The translations under genes and the position numbers were made by a program. A DNA stretch of 64,000 nucleotides, taken from contig JBBTQQ010000001.1 of NCBI GenBank assembly GCA_038065615.1, positions 76,207 to 140,206 of the forward strand, written 5' to 3'. This stretch comes from Patescibacteria group bacterium. Lineage in GTDB: Bacteria; Patescibacteriota; Doudnabacteria; UBA920; VMFF01. This document shows positions 27,233 through 37,969 of the stretch, piece by piece; within the stretch, counting starts at the first letter, position 1, and every line of letters starts with the position of its first letter. The notes under the pieces were generated by a model that made no database searches, had not been told where the DNA came from, and was given only the letters and a program-made list of their open reading frames with translations.

Positions 27233-28015
27233 ATGTCATATATTCACGCAACTATTTTAGGAATTATCGAAGGGCTTACAGAGTTCCTTCCAATCTCCTC
27301 TACAGCACATTTAATCCTTGCTTCTGATTTAATGAATTTGGTTCAAAGCGAGTTTAACAAAAGCTTTGAGATAATCATCCAGATGGGTGCGATCTTCTCA
27401 GTTGTTTTCCTGTATTACAAAGATATTTTTAAATGGGCGATGATAAAAAAGCTCTTTGTTGCCTTTGTTCCAACAGCGATTATTGGTCTTCTGCTTTATA
27501 AGTTCATAAAAGGATATTTAATCGGCAACACTGTTGTTGTTCTCTGGGCTCTAGCTATTGGCGGTTTATTATTGATTATATTTGAAAGGGTTTTTGCAAA
27601 GAAAATAGCTGCTAATGAATCTGAGAGTATGGGATTAAGTGAAATTACTTACAAACAATCTTTCATTGTTGGTTTGTTTCAATCAATCGCTGTGATACCA
27701 GGAGTTTCTCGCTCTGCAGCAACAATAATCGGCGGAATGCTTTGGGGGGTTAAAAGAAAAGTAATTGTTGAGTTTTCTTTTTTGCTTGCTGTTCCAACAA
27801 TGGTTGCAGCAACTGCTTTAGATATTTACAAAAACATGGGTGCTTTTACTAACAGCGACTGGAAAGTTTTGTCACTTGGTCTTGTTGTTTCTTTTGTAAC
27901 CGCGGTTCTAGCTATTAAATTCTTCATTGCATATATTCAAAAGAATACTTTCAGTGCTTTTGGTTGGTATCGGATTCTTCTTGTGATTGTTTTTGCGACA
28001 ATATTCTTTGGATAA
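27233..28015 (+). CDS. uppP: undecaprenyl-diphosphate phosphatase
   Basis: ILGIIEGLTEFLPISSTAHL N-terminal signature of UppP/BacA. 8 TM segments. Confidence 0.9.
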   Translation: MSYIHATILGIIEGLTEFLPISSTAHLILASDLMNLVQSEFNKSFEIIIQMGAIFSVVFLYYKDIFKWAMIKKLFVAFVPTAIIGLLLYKFIKGYLIGNTVVVLWALAIGGLLLIIFERVFAKKIAANESESMGLSEITYKQSFIVGLFQSIAVIPGVSRSAATIIGGMLWGVKRKVIVEFSFLLAVPTMVAATALDIYKNMGAFTNSDWKVLSLGLVVSFVTAVLAIKFFIAYIQKNTFSAFGWYRILLVIVFATIFFG

Positions 28016-28047
28016 AGAAAAACGCTGCTTTAGAAAGCAGCGTTTTT

Positions 28048-29247
28048 TTAAACATTCTTTAAAGCTCTAAGATTAGCTTTTGTTTTTCTTGCGTACTGAC
28101 GCAAATTCTTAGGACAGGAAACTTCAAAGTCTAATTTTGCTCCGTTATTTAACCAACGTCTCGCCGATTTTATAGCGCCACCAGGCAAGTGATGCGCTGT
28201 TGCAATAAACTCAACCAAATCAGTTGTGTGTGAACGCCATGTATTTTTTAAAACCTGTTTTTCTTTTGGAGAACATTGCCTTAACAAGACTGCAAGATTG
28301 TATATACTGAAACAAAAAGCAGCCGCGTGATGTTCTGAACCTCTTAATTTAACTACGCTTGAAGGAATAATTTCTTTCTTAACACAATCAGCAACCACTG
28401 AGGCTCCTCTTTTTTCCTTAGAAGTCTCATAAAGAGCATAGGAAGTAAATTGATATGGGCCAAAAGAAGTCATATCATCATATATTGCTGGAATACTGTA
28501 GACATATCTAGAACCTGCGTTTTTTAACAAGAAGCTAAAAACATCTCTGTTCAACTCCCCATCTGCTGATGGCATTAATTCGGTTAAAGCATAAGCGGTT
28601 AAATGCTTTGAATCTAAAGAATTAGATATTGCTCTTAAAAGTGCTGCTTCCTCTTTGTCTAAACCCAATCTCGTAAATAGTTTCTCCCAGTCCATGTTAG
28701 CCTCAACTGTTTGGATGGCCGCTTCTACTGTTTGAAGATATGCCCTTAAATCAGTTCGCTGAGGATCTTTAGATGTGTATTCTTTTTTTAATTGAGTAGC
28801 TGCTTGTCTGAAAACCGTATTGGTTTTGCGTCTTCTTTTAGCAAAGCTCTCCTTTTTATCAAAAAGCGTATCTAGTTGATCGTAAAAGTTAATTTTAGCA
28901 ACCTTCGGTACTTCCCCGCTTATACCAGTAAAGTACGCAAACAAGCTATTAGCAGGGAATTTTCTCCCTTCTAGTGAACCTGTTGGATACTCACTCAGCT
29001 TCTTTACTTCATTCTCAGCGACATTGCTAGGGGCAACCTCTGGTTCAATCGCACCAGCTAGTCTGTCAACTTTAGAACCAACAGCCAAATATGCCCCGGC
29101 GCCTACCATCTTTTTCAAAAATGCTCTACGACTTTCTTGATTGTTGGTTTCTTCTTCTGAAGACTCAGAAGGAACAACTGCTTCCGGTTGTTCTAAGATT
29201 CCCTCTGGTCGTTCTTTACTAGGATCAAAACCAATTCTTTCTGGCAT
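28048..29247 (-). CDS. hypothetical exported protein with twin-arginine signal peptide
   Basis: SRRAFLKKMVGAGAYLAVG Tat motif after an acidic N-terminal region. 399 aa, no recognisable catalytic motif. Confidence 0.45.
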   Translation of the reverse strand: MPERIGFDPSKERPEGILEQPEAVVPSESSEEETNNQESRRAFLKKMVGAGAYLAVGSKVDRLAGAIEPEVAPSNVAENEVKKLSEYPTGSLEGRKFPANSLFAYFTGISGEVPKVAKINFYDQLDTLFDKKESFAKRRRKTNTVFRQAATQLKKEYTSKDPQRTDLRAYLQTVEAAIQTVEANMDWEKLFTRLGLDKEEAALLRAISNSLDSKHLTAYALTELMPSADGELNRDVFSFLLKNAGSRYVYSIPAIYDDMTSFGPYQFTSYALYETSKEKRGASVVADCVKKEIIPSSVVKLRGSEHHAAAFCFSIYNLAVLLRQCSPKEKQVLKNTWRSHTTDLVEFIATAHHLPGGAIKSARRWLNNGAKLDFEVSCPKNLRQYARKTKANLRALKNV

Positions 29248-29251
29248 ATGT

Positions 29252-30502
29252 TTAAGCTATTCCAGGAACCGGATATTTTAAACTAAAGTCAATTACTGCT
29301 TGTTTAACTTCTTCAAGCTTTGCTTCGTCGTTCCTGTTGGTTATTGCACTATCAATTAAATCAGCGACTATGTCCATTTCATCTTCTTTCATGCCTCTTG
29401 TAGTTAGCGCAGGAGTTCCTAAACGGATTCCTGATGGATCCATTGGTTTTCTCTGGTCATACGGAACCATGTTTTTGTTTACAGAAATACCAATGTGCTC
29501 TAAAACTTTTTCAGCTTCTTTTCCTGTTACTCCTTTGCTTCCGAAAACATCAACTAACATCAGATGGTTGTCAGTACCTCCTGAAACAATACGATACCCT
29601 TTTTCGGCAAGCTTAGAAGCTAATCTTTTAGCATTCAAGATGATTTGATGGGTGTATGTTTGATATTCGGGTTTTAAAGCTTCTGCGAATGCGATTGCTT
29701 TAGCTGCATTAATATGATCATGCGGACCACCTTGTACTCCAGGAAATACTGCTTTGTCTATTGCAGAGGCAAACTGTTCTTTACACATGATTATGGCCCC
29801 TCTTGGTCCACGAAGAGTTTTGTGTGTTGTTGTCGCAACAACATCAAAATATGGCACTGGGCTGTCTAGTTGTTTTCCTGCGATTAAACCTGAAATATGA
29901 GCAATGTCCGCAAATGTGTATGCTCCAATTTTGTCCGCTATTTCTTTAAAACGCTTCCAATCTAATGTTCTTGAGTAGGCTGAAAATCCTGCAATAATCA
30001 TTTTTGGTTTTTCTGCTAAAGCGATCCTTTCAACCTCATCCATATCAATCTGCTCTGTTTCTTTGTTAACGGTATATGGGATTATATTGAAAAGCTTTCC
30101 TGAAAAGTTCATTGGATGACCATGGGTTAAATGTCCACCCTGATCAAGTGAAAGCCCTAGCACTTTGTCTCCTGGTTGTAAGAGCGCGAAGTACACCGCG
30201 ATGTTTGCAGGTCCACCTGAAAGAGGTTGAACATTAACATGCTCTGCTCCAAAAAGCTCTTTAGCACGTTCGATTGCTAAAGTTTCTGCTTTATCTATAA
30301 CTTCATTTCCACCATAGTATCTTTTTCCAGGATATCCTTCAGAGTATTTGTTTGTTAGGATGCTTCCCATTGCTTCAAGGACTGCTTCTGAAACATAGTT
30401 CTCAGAAGCGATTAACTCTAGTCCTTGTTTTTGTCTTTTTTCTTCTTCCTTTATTATTTCGTAGAGTACTGGATCTTGTTTTTGAATGTTTGAATAGTTC
30501 AT
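29252..30502 (-). CDS. glyA: serine hydroxymethyltransferase
   Basis: 416 aa. PLP-lysine context TTTHKTLRGPRG and conserved SHMT N-terminus. Confidence 0.95.
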   Translation of the reverse strand: MNYSNIQKQDPVLYEIIKEEEKRQKQGLELIASENYVSEAVLEAMGSILTNKYSEGYPGKRYYGGNEVIDKAETLAIERAKELFGAEHVNVQPLSGGPANIAVYFALLQPGDKVLGLSLDQGGHLTHGHPMNFSGKLFNIIPYTVNKETEQIDMDEVERIALAEKPKMIIAGFSAYSRTLDWKRFKEIADKIGAYTFADIAHISGLIAGKQLDSPVPYFDVVATTTHKTLRGPRGAIIMCKEQFASAIDKAVFPGVQGGPHDHINAAKAIAFAEALKPEYQTYTHQIILNAKRLASKLAEKGYRIVSGGTDNHLMLVDVFGSKGVTGKEAEKVLEHIGISVNKNMVPYDQRKPMDPSGIRLGTPALTTRGMKEDEMDIVADLIDSAITNRNDEAKLEEVKQAVIDFSLKYPVPGIA

Positions 30503-30588
30503 TGGATTTTAAAATTAAGAATCTTGTGGTTCTTTGTATATCTTTCTTTTCAGTTTTTTGAGAATTAGCTCATTTTTAAAATCTCCAG

Positions 30589-31257
30589 TTATTTTAACGC
30601 TGCAAAGATTTGTTTCTCTGAGATTGGGCCCTGGCGTAGCACCTCTATATCGATTTCTTCTTGTTTGCCAGTACCTTTTTTTGAAATCTTAACAAAGCTT
30701 GAAGGCTTAACCCTCTTAAGCTTCCCTGCATCTATAATTATATCAGGTTTAAACTTTCTGTCTTTAAACTGCGAAAGAACGTCTTTTAAGGAGTATGGAT
30801 CAAAACCGCCTTTTTCAGAAGCAAAGTTTGCGCTAGTTGCTGTGATTGGACCAGCTTTTTTGGCAAGATCTAAAGCAAAATTATTCTTTGCAGTACGAAT
30901 TCCGAGATATCCCGTGCGTGCAGTTAACTTTTTTAATACTTTATTTTTTGATTTTAAAGGCAGGGCCATTGAAAGAGGTCCTGGAATAAACTTTTTAGCA
31001 AGTTTTTCAGCAACTGAATTCCACTGAACATATTTTTTCGCAACAGCAATAGAAGGAACAAAAATATGAACCGGTTTTTTAAACCCTCTCTCCTTTATCT
31101 TATACATCCTCTCAATTGCTTTTTTGTTTGAAATTAAAGCAGCCAAACCATACGAAGTGTCTGTTGGATAGACAACGGTTTTTCCTTTTTTAAGGGAACT
31201 AACAGCAAACCTTAAAACTTTACTGTAATTGGTTTTGCTTAATTTCAGGATAATCAT
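30589..31257 (-). CDS. tsaC: L-threonylcarbamoyladenylate synthase (YrdC/Sua5 family)
   Basis: VYPTDTSYGLAA motif and YrdC fold. 222 aa. Confidence 0.8.
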   Translation of the reverse strand: MIILKLSKTNYSKVLRFAVSSLKKGKTVVYPTDTSYGLAALISNKKAIERMYKIKERGFKKPVHIFVPSIAVAKKYVQWNSVAEKLAKKFIPGPLSMALPLKSKNKVLKKLTARTGYLGIRTAKNNFALDLAKKAGPITATSANFASEKGGFDPYSLKDVLSQFKDRKFKPDIIIDAGKLKRVKPSSFVKISKKGTGKQEEIDIEVLRQGPISEKQIFAALK

Positions 31258-31310
31258 ATTCCAAGTATATCAAAAATAACGGGTTGCCACACCTGGCAAC
31301 CCGTTACCCT

Positions 31311-33665
31311 TTAAACAACAAAGTTAATCAACCTGTCAGGAACAAACACTATTTTTCTAATCTTAGCTTTTGCAATTGCGTTGCTTACTGTTTCAATCTT
31401 TAAAGCTTCTACCTTTACTGCTTCTTCTGGCGAGCCCCTTAATATTGCTAAATTTCCTCTAAACTTTCCATTTACCTGAATTACATATTCAGAAGTTTGG
31501 GTTACCAGTTTGACTTTGTCATATACAGGCCACTTCTGGACAGTAACACTTCCTTTTCCTCCTAGCATTTTCCAAAACTCTTCTGAAATATGCGGTGCAA
31601 AAGGAGCTAGACATATTGCAAATTTCTTTAGTGTTTCTTTAGAAATATTTTCTCCAAAAACAGCATTAATGAATTCCATGAAAGAAGAAATCGCGGTGTT
31701 AAACTTCATGTCATTAATTGCATCACCGACTTTCTTGATTAACTTGTGTATTTCAACTTCTACCTTTTCTGAATCCTTGTTTTTGCTGGATGCATTTTTT
31801 TCAACAAGGCTCCAAGAACGCTGCAAGAAACGATATACACCTACAACTCCTTTTTCATTCCATGAGATTGTTTGTTCGTGTGGTCCTAAGAACAACTCAA
31901 ACATACGCAGGGCATCTGCACCATACTGCTTAATTATCGCATCAGGATTAGCAACGTTTCCTTTGGATTTAGACATCTTTTCACCATCTTCACCCAATAT
32001 GATCCCATGTGGTTGTCTGCGTTTGTAAGGTTCACTTACAGGAACCAAACCTTCATCAAACAAGAACTGATTCCAAAAGCGAGAATACAAAAGATGCAGA
32101 GTGGTATGCTCCATTCCCCCAAAGTATATGTCTATTGGCAACCAATACTTCAAACTCTTTAAATCAGCAAAACTCTTTTTATTCTTTGGATCTGCGTAAC
32201 GTAAATAGTACCAAGAGCTTCCGGCCCACTGCGGCATGGTGTTAGTTTCTCGTTTTGCTTTGGTTCCGCATTTTGGGCACTTTACATTAACCCACGATTC
32301 AATTGCAGCAAGCGGGGATTCTCCTGTGCCTGTTGGTTCATATTTCTTAACTTTGGGAAGTTTAACTGGAAGGTCTTTTTCAGGAACAGAAACAATTCCA
32401 CAATCAGGACAGTGAATTAAAGGAATTGGTTCACCCCAATATCTTTGTCTTGAAAAAACCCAATCTCGAAGTTTGTACTGAATCTTGCTTGTTCCAAATT
32501 TCTGAGTAATTCTTTTTTTTGCTTCTTGCCAATCAAGACCGTCAAACTCACCTGAGCTAATTAGCTTCCCTTTTTCATTAACAACAATACGCATTGGTAG
32601 TTTGTATTTCTTTGCAAATTGCTCATCTCTAACATCATGGCTTGGAACTGCCATAATCGCGCCGGTACCGTAAGAGATGAATACATAATCAGCAATGAAA
32701 ACAGGTATTAGTTCTTTTGTCGCCGGATTTATTGCAGACACCCCCTTTAATTCAAACCCAGTCTTTTCTTTTTCTAAAGCAGAACGCTGTAAATCAGTCT
32801 TGTTTTTTGCTTCTTCAATGTATTCTGAAACTTGATCCCAGTTTCTAATATTCTTCTGTAACTGTAAAAGCAATGGGTGCTCTGGAGCTAAAACCAAATA
32901 TGTTGCTCCGAATATTGTGTCTGGACGAGTAGTGAAGACTTTCACTTTTTGATTCTCACCAGCTATTTCAAACTCAATATCAGCACCTTCACTTCTTCCA
33001 ATCCAATTTTCTTGTTGCAACTTAACAGATTCAGGCCAATCTAAAGACTCAAGTCCATCGATTAATTTCTGCGCATATTTTGTTATCTTTAAATACCACT
33101 GCCGCATTTCTTTCTTTTCAACCGGAGTTCCACAACGCTCACATTTTCCATCAACAACTTCTTCGTTAGCTAGCCCTGTTTTGTCTTTAGGACACCAATT
33201 AATTAGCAATGTTGCTTCGTATGCTAATCCTTTTTTAAAAAACTGGAGGAAAAGCCACTGAGTCCATTTGTAGTATTCAGGATCAGTTGTGTTAACTTCT
33301 CTAGACCAATCAAAGCTTAACCCCAAAGAATTAATTTGTTTTTTGAAATTCTTAATATTCTGCGCTGTTGAAAGTTGCGGTTGCACCCCCATCTTTATGG
33401 CATAATTTTCTGCTGGCAAACCAAAAGCGTCCCAACCTAATGGGAACATTACTTCATTTCCTTGCGCTCTTAAAAATCTAGACGTTACATCAGCAGCAAC
33501 GTATGATCTTAAATGTCCTGTGTGTAAACCAGCTGCTGAAGGATATGGAAATTCAACAAGGATATATTTTTTTGGTTTCTTCGAAAAATTCTTTGAATAG
33601 TAAACTTTTTTCAAAGACCAAAATTTCTGCCATTTTTTCTCTATTTTCTCAGGATTGTACCGCAT
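31311..33665 (-). CDS. leuS: leucyl-tRNA synthetase
   Basis: 784 aa. HTGHLRSY (HIGH) and KMSKS motifs, with an editing domain. Confidence 0.95.
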   Translation of the reverse strand: MRYNPEKIEKKWQKFWSLKKVYYSKNFSKKPKKYILVEFPYPSAAGLHTGHLRSYVAADVTSRFLRAQGNEVMFPLGWDAFGLPAENYAIKMGVQPQLSTAQNIKNFKKQINSLGLSFDWSREVNTTDPEYYKWTQWLFLQFFKKGLAYEATLLINWCPKDKTGLANEEVVDGKCERCGTPVEKKEMRQWYLKITKYAQKLIDGLESLDWPESVKLQQENWIGRSEGADIEFEIAGENQKVKVFTTRPDTIFGATYLVLAPEHPLLLQLQKNIRNWDQVSEYIEEAKNKTDLQRSALEKEKTGFELKGVSAINPATKELIPVFIADYVFISYGTGAIMAVPSHDVRDEQFAKKYKLPMRIVVNEKGKLISSGEFDGLDWQEAKKRITQKFGTSKIQYKLRDWVFSRQRYWGEPIPLIHCPDCGIVSVPEKDLPVKLPKVKKYEPTGTGESPLAAIESWVNVKCPKCGTKAKRETNTMPQWAGSSWYYLRYADPKNKKSFADLKSLKYWLPIDIYFGGMEHTTLHLLYSRFWNQFLFDEGLVPVSEPYKRRQPHGIILGEDGEKMSKSKGNVANPDAIIKQYGADALRMFELFLGPHEQTISWNEKGVVGVYRFLQRSWSLVEKNASSKNKDSEKVEVEIHKLIKKVGDAINDMKFNTAISSFMEFINAVFGENISKETLKKFAICLAPFAPHISEEFWKMLGGKGSVTVQKWPVYDKVKLVTQTSEYVIQVNGKFRGNLAILRGSPEEAVKVEALKIETVSNAIAKAKIRKIVFVPDRLINFVV

Positions 33666-33668
33666 AAT

Positions 33669-34070
33669 TTAAATATTTCTCTTCGGACGGATAGTCATAG
33701 CTGCAAAAGCATTCATCAGGATTGCTAAAACAGACATATGAATTAAACCAACAACATAAATGTATTCTGCGGAAGTTTCTAAAACATCAAAATTTGAATA
33801 TATAACTATCAAGGCAGCAAGCAGTGTATACACATAACTACTTTGTCTAAAATGATATTTCCATTTAAAGTCTCTATGATCTTCTAATGTAATAACCGCG
33901 AAATTACCGATTAAAAGAAAAATCCCGCCGAAAATAACTAGAAGGAGTAAATACAAAGCATTGGGATGCCAAAGTGTTCCTAAGTCAGTACCATACGCAA
34001 TTAAAAATGTATCAACAATTGCGATTGGAAATACAAAGAAAAGATAGAAGATTGGGGTTAGTTTTTTCAT
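33669..34070 (-). CDS. hypothetical 4-TM membrane protein
   Basis: 133 aa hydrophobic ORF in the operon. Confidence 0.4.
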   Translation of the reverse strand: MKKLTPIFYLFFVFPIAIVDTFLIAYGTDLGTLWHPNALYLLLLVIFGGIFLLIGNFAVITLEDHRDFKWKYHFRQSSYVYTLLAALIVIYSNFDVLETSAEYIYVVGLIHMSVLAILMNAFAAMTIRPKRNI

Positions 34071-34074
34071 TGTT

Positions 34075-34908
34075 TTAAATCTTAAACAAAGTTTTTGCGT
34101 TTAGAGTAGTTTTTTCACAAACTTCTTCAAAGCTTAATCCTTTAACCTCTGCGATGAACTGTGCTACATACCGCACATATTCAGGCAGATTTCTTTTACC
34201 GCGATATGGTGGTGGAGCAAGGTACGGAGCGTCTGTTTCTAGGACAATCCGCTCTAAAGGGCAGTTCTCTATTACTTCCTTTAAAACCCCGCTTTTATCA
34301 AAGGTAATTATACCATTTAAGCCAATGTATCCGCCAAGCTCTAAAAACCGCTGTGCCATATCCCAATTGCTTGTAAAGCTGTGAATTTCAAATCGAGAAG
34401 GCTTCTCATTTTTTAACATTTCTAAGATATCTTCGTAAGCATCCACAGAACCGTTTTGAGTACGACAGTGAATGACCAAAGCCTTGTCTAATTCTTTTGC
34501 TAATTTGATCTGTTGAAGAAATGCTTGCTTTTGAATTGTTTTGACTTCATCAAAAGTTTTATCTTCAGGAAGACGATAGTAATCAAGACCACACTCACCA
34601 ATTCCAACAACTTTTGGATCTTCTGCTAGTGCTTTGTAGTACTCATAATCAAAATGCTCTTCACGACTAATGAAGTGTGAATCTTCTTCGTCTATCTCCT
34701 GAGAAATTGTATGTACAGGATGTAGACCTATAACCGCGTAAACATTCTCATGATTTTTTGTTAAATCAACCGCTCTTTTAGAAGTATCTTTTTGTGTCCC
34801 CACGTTATTAATAATCACACCGGCTAGTAATGCTTGTGTGATTATCTGTTCTCTGTCTTCTTTAAACGCGGCAAGATTTACGTGCGCGTGAGTATCATAC
34901 AGTTTCAT
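34075..34908 (-). CDS. tatD: TatD-family metal-dependent hydrolase (DNase)
   Basis: MKLYDTHAHVNL N-terminal HxH motif and conserved downstream His/Asp ligands. Confidence 0.85.
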   Translation of the reverse strand: MKLYDTHAHVNLAAFKEDREQIITQALLAGVIINNVGTQKDTSKRAVDLTKNHENVYAVIGLHPVHTISQEIDEEDSHFISREEHFDYEYYKALAEDPKVVGIGECGLDYYRLPEDKTFDEVKTIQKQAFLQQIKLAKELDKALVIHCRTQNGSVDAYEDILEMLKNEKPSRFEIHSFTSNWDMAQRFLELGGYIGLNGIITFDKSGVLKEVIENCPLERIVLETDAPYLAPPPYRGKRNLPEYVRYVAQFIAEVKGLSFEEVCEKTTLNAKTLFKI

Positions 34909-35506
34909 TGACTTGTTCTGGTTTCTTTTTAAATCTAACTAAGAATCTTTTTCCCATAACTTGTGCGTGAGTATATACACGACTTGCGTGAATATTGTAT
35001 TGAGCTATTTCTTTCTTCCATTTTTCTTCATCATCCTGAGTAACTAAATCAACAATTTCAAAACCATTTTGATCTAAGAGAGCAGGAAGCTCATCAAGAC
35101 TAAACGGCGTTGCTTTAGGAGTTAATGTTTCTACAACAACGACCTGACCATTTTCAGAGATAATCCTTTTCAATTCAAGAAATATTTCTAATTTTGCATT
35201 TTGATTCCTAGCAGGTTCTCCAAAAAGATTCCCTATGTAAACCTCATCAACTGAACCATCGGCAATTGGCAAATTTCTACCATCTGCTTCGACAAAATAA
35301 AAATTGTCAGGATACATAGAGCCTCGCATTTCCTACTTTATATCAACTCCGACATACATTTCATCCGCAGGAATTTCTTTTAAACCTGTTTCTGGAAAAG
35401 GATGAACAAAGTTACCTAGGTCAAGATATACTTTACGCGGCTGTAAACCACGTATCTCTCTTTGAGAGACAATCCTGTTATGTTCACTACGGTTTCCTGG
35501 CATCAT
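34895..35506 (-). pseudogene. class I SAM-dependent methyltransferase interrupted by an in-frame TAG
   Basis: One reading frame runs MMPGNRSEH...VYLDLGNFVHPFPETG...MYVGVDIK-TAG(35335..35333)-EMRGSMYP...VEADGRNLPIADGSVDEVYIGNLF... MTase motifs I, post-I, II and III lie in order across the stop. Motif I is degenerate. Confidence 0.5.
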
Positions 35507-35508
35507 GG

Positions 35509-36936
35509 CTATTCGATCCTCGGAAAAAGCGGTTCGACTTTTGTAATCGAATCACTTTCAAATACTTTTCGTATTTTATCAGCTGTTTTAGGCATAAACG
35601 GTGCTAATGACAGCCCAATCAGCTTTACCTCAGCCCCTAGCACTGACAACACTGCATCAAGTTTTTCTTGGTTTGCACTATCCTTTGCCAAATCCCAAGG
35701 CTTTGTTTCATCAATATACTGGTTAGCCCAGGCAATTGCTTCCCAAATTCTTGCTAAAGCTTCATGAAAGCGAAAACCCTCAATCATTTCTAAAACTTCC
35801 TCTAGTTTATCGTGTGGTTCTACTATTTCTGATATTTCTCCATGAGAATATTTCTCAATCATATTTGTCAGACGAGAAACAAGGTTACCTAAACCATTAG
35901 CTAGATCACCGTCGTATCTTGCTTTTATCTTTTCTTCTGAAACATCTCCGTCTTGTCCAAAAGCAATTTCTCTCATCAAAAAATATCTAACAGCGTCGCT
36001 TCCGTATTTATTTACCCAGTCATTAGGATCAATGACATTACCCAAGCTCTTGCTCATCTTCTGGTTATTAGCTGTTAAATACCCATGGGCAACAACACCT
36101 TTTGGCATTTCAATATCAGCAGCTAACAAAAGTGCTGGCCAAATGATACAGTGGAATTTAATGATATCCTTACCAACAACATGCCATGTTGCTGGCCAAT
36201 GTTTTTTAAAGAGTTCTTTGTCGCCGTGAAATCCGATTCCTGAAACATAGTTAATTAAAGCATCAACCCAAACATAGACTGTTTGATTCTCATCCCAGGG
36301 CAAAGGAATTCCCCACTTAACGTTTGGTCTACTAATCGCAATGTCATTAAAACCTTGTTCTAATAGACTTAAGATTTCTTTGCGGTGTGCTTCTGACCAA
36401 ATTTTGAATTCATTCTTTTCTATTTTTTCTTTGATCTTGTCTGTAAAAACAGACACTTTAAAGAACCAATTTTTTTCTGTAATTGATTCTGGTTTGGTTT
36501 GGTGTTCTGGACAAACTCCATCTACCAATTCTTTCTCTGTTAAAAAAGCTTCGTGTCCAGTGCAGTAAAGACCTGTGTATTCTCCTTCGTACAAATATCC
36601 GTTTTTTTTTATTTTCTCCAAGATATCAGAAACAGCTGCAATGTGATCTTGATCTGTTGTTCTAACAAAACGATCAAAAGAAAGATCAAGGTTTTTCCAA
36701 GCCTCTTCAAAATATTTGTAAGTCTGGTCTGCGAAAGCCTGCGGTTCTAAGCCTTGTGCTTTAGCATAGTCTGCTATTTTAGCACCGTGTTCATCTGTTC
36801 CTGTCAGAAAGAAAGTTTGCTTACCCGCAAGCCTTGCAAGGCGTGCTAAAACATCTGAAGCCACCTTTTCGTAAGAGTGGCCAATGTGCGGTTTTCCGTT
36901 TATATAGTCAATCGCGGTAGTAATATAGTACTTCAT
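35509..36936 (-). CDS. metG: methionyl-tRNA synthetase (short form)
   Basis: 475 aa. HIGH (INGKPHIGHSYE) and KMSKS motifs. Confidence 0.95.
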   Translation of the reverse strand: MKYYITTAIDYINGKPHIGHSYEKVASDVLARLARLAGKQTFFLTGTDEHGAKIADYAKAQGLEPQAFADQTYKYFEEAWKNLDLSFDRFVRTTDQDHIAAVSDILEKIKKNGYLYEGEYTGLYCTGHEAFLTEKELVDGVCPEHQTKPESITEKNWFFKVSVFTDKIKEKIEKNEFKIWSEAHRKEILSLLEQGFNDIAISRPNVKWGIPLPWDENQTVYVWVDALINYVSGIGFHGDKELFKKHWPATWHVVGKDIIKFHCIIWPALLLAADIEMPKGVVAHGYLTANNQKMSKSLGNVIDPNDWVNKYGSDAVRYFLMREIAFGQDGDVSEEKIKARYDGDLANGLGNLVSRLTNMIEKYSHGEISEIVEPHDKLEEVLEMIEGFRFHEALARIWEAIAWANQYIDETKPWDLAKDSANQEKLDAVLSVLGAEVKLIGLSLAPFMPKTADKIRKVFESDSITKVEPLFPRIE

Positions 36937-36937
36937 G

Positions 36938-37963
36938 CTATGATTTGTCCTTTAAAGTATCCCATTCCTCGATTATTACTTGCATTACTGCAACAACTGG
37001 TACCGCAAGCAAAATACCAAAGATTCCAGCTAATTTAAATCCAATTAATATTGCTACTAAAATGACTAACGGAGAAACACCGACTGTTTTTTGCATAATC
37101 TTTGGAACCAAAACATATCCTTCAATCTTTGAAAGAACAAGATACGTAATCATAACAACAACAGCTAGAGTTGGACTTTGTAAGAAAGCAAAGAAGATTG
37201 CAGGTATTGCTGCTACAAAAGGACCAATGTACGGAATCAATTCAAAGAATCCACTCAAGATTGCAAGAACTAGAGCATACTTAACACCTAAAACTGTTAA
37301 AGCAATGAAAGTAATTGCAAATATGATTGCTGAGACTATGATCTGACCAATCATCCAAAGACCAATTTTCTTTTGAATCCTTGTGATGATGTGTAAGGCT
37401 TTTGGCTGACTTTCTTTTGGAACAAGTGTATATACAAAATTCTTCATCCCGTTCTTTTCAGCTAGTAAGTAGAAAGAAACGACTAACACTGTAACAATCT
37501 CAATGAAGCCATTAAAGACTCCTAGTGTTCTGCTGAAAAAGTTTTCTGAAAGATCATTAAACTGATTTGCAAGCGACTGAACATTCTTGCTAACAATTTC
37601 TGTTAAATTAAATTCACTTAAGAAACTACCTGGTCCTATCTTGCTTGAAATTTCACTTGCTAGAAAATCATTATTTGTCACCTGCTGGAATTGTTGAATC
37701 ACAGGAGGAGTTACTAAGAAACCAATCAAAACAACAAAAGCAAGGGCGATTATGTAAACCGCAACAACGCTAACGCTTCTTGGAATGCGCCACTGCAAAA
37801 GCATTTCCACTAAAGGTTCAAGAGCTGATGCTAGAGTTATTGAAATCAAAAGCAGGATCAATATGTCTTTTATTGTCCATGCAAAAAACAAAATCAGACC
37901 AAGAACAGTGATCTTAACAAGTGTTGATGTAGCTACGCTTATATCTGTCTCTCTATTAAACAT
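36938..37963 (-). CDS. AI-2E family transporter (UPF0118/PerM-like)
   Basis: 341 aa, 8-TM protein with the AI-2E family topology and conserved C-terminal region. Confidence 0.7.
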   Translation of the reverse strand: MFNRETDISVATSTLVKITVLGLILFFAWTIKDILILLLISITLASALEPLVEMLLQWRIPRSVSVVAVYIIALAFVVLIGFLVTPPVIQQFQQVTNNDFLASEISSKIGPGSFLSEFNLTEIVSKNVQSLANQFNDLSENFFSRTLGVFNGFIEIVTVLVVSFYLLAEKNGMKNFVYTLVPKESQPKALHIITRIQKKIGLWMIGQIIVSAIIFAITFIALTVLGVKYALVLAILSGFFELIPYIGPFVAAIPAIFFAFLQSPTLAVVVMITYLVLSKIEGYVLVPKIMQKTVGVSPLVILVAILIGFKLAGIFGILLAVPVVAVMQVIIEEWDTLKDKS

Positions 37964-37969
37964 CTGTAA

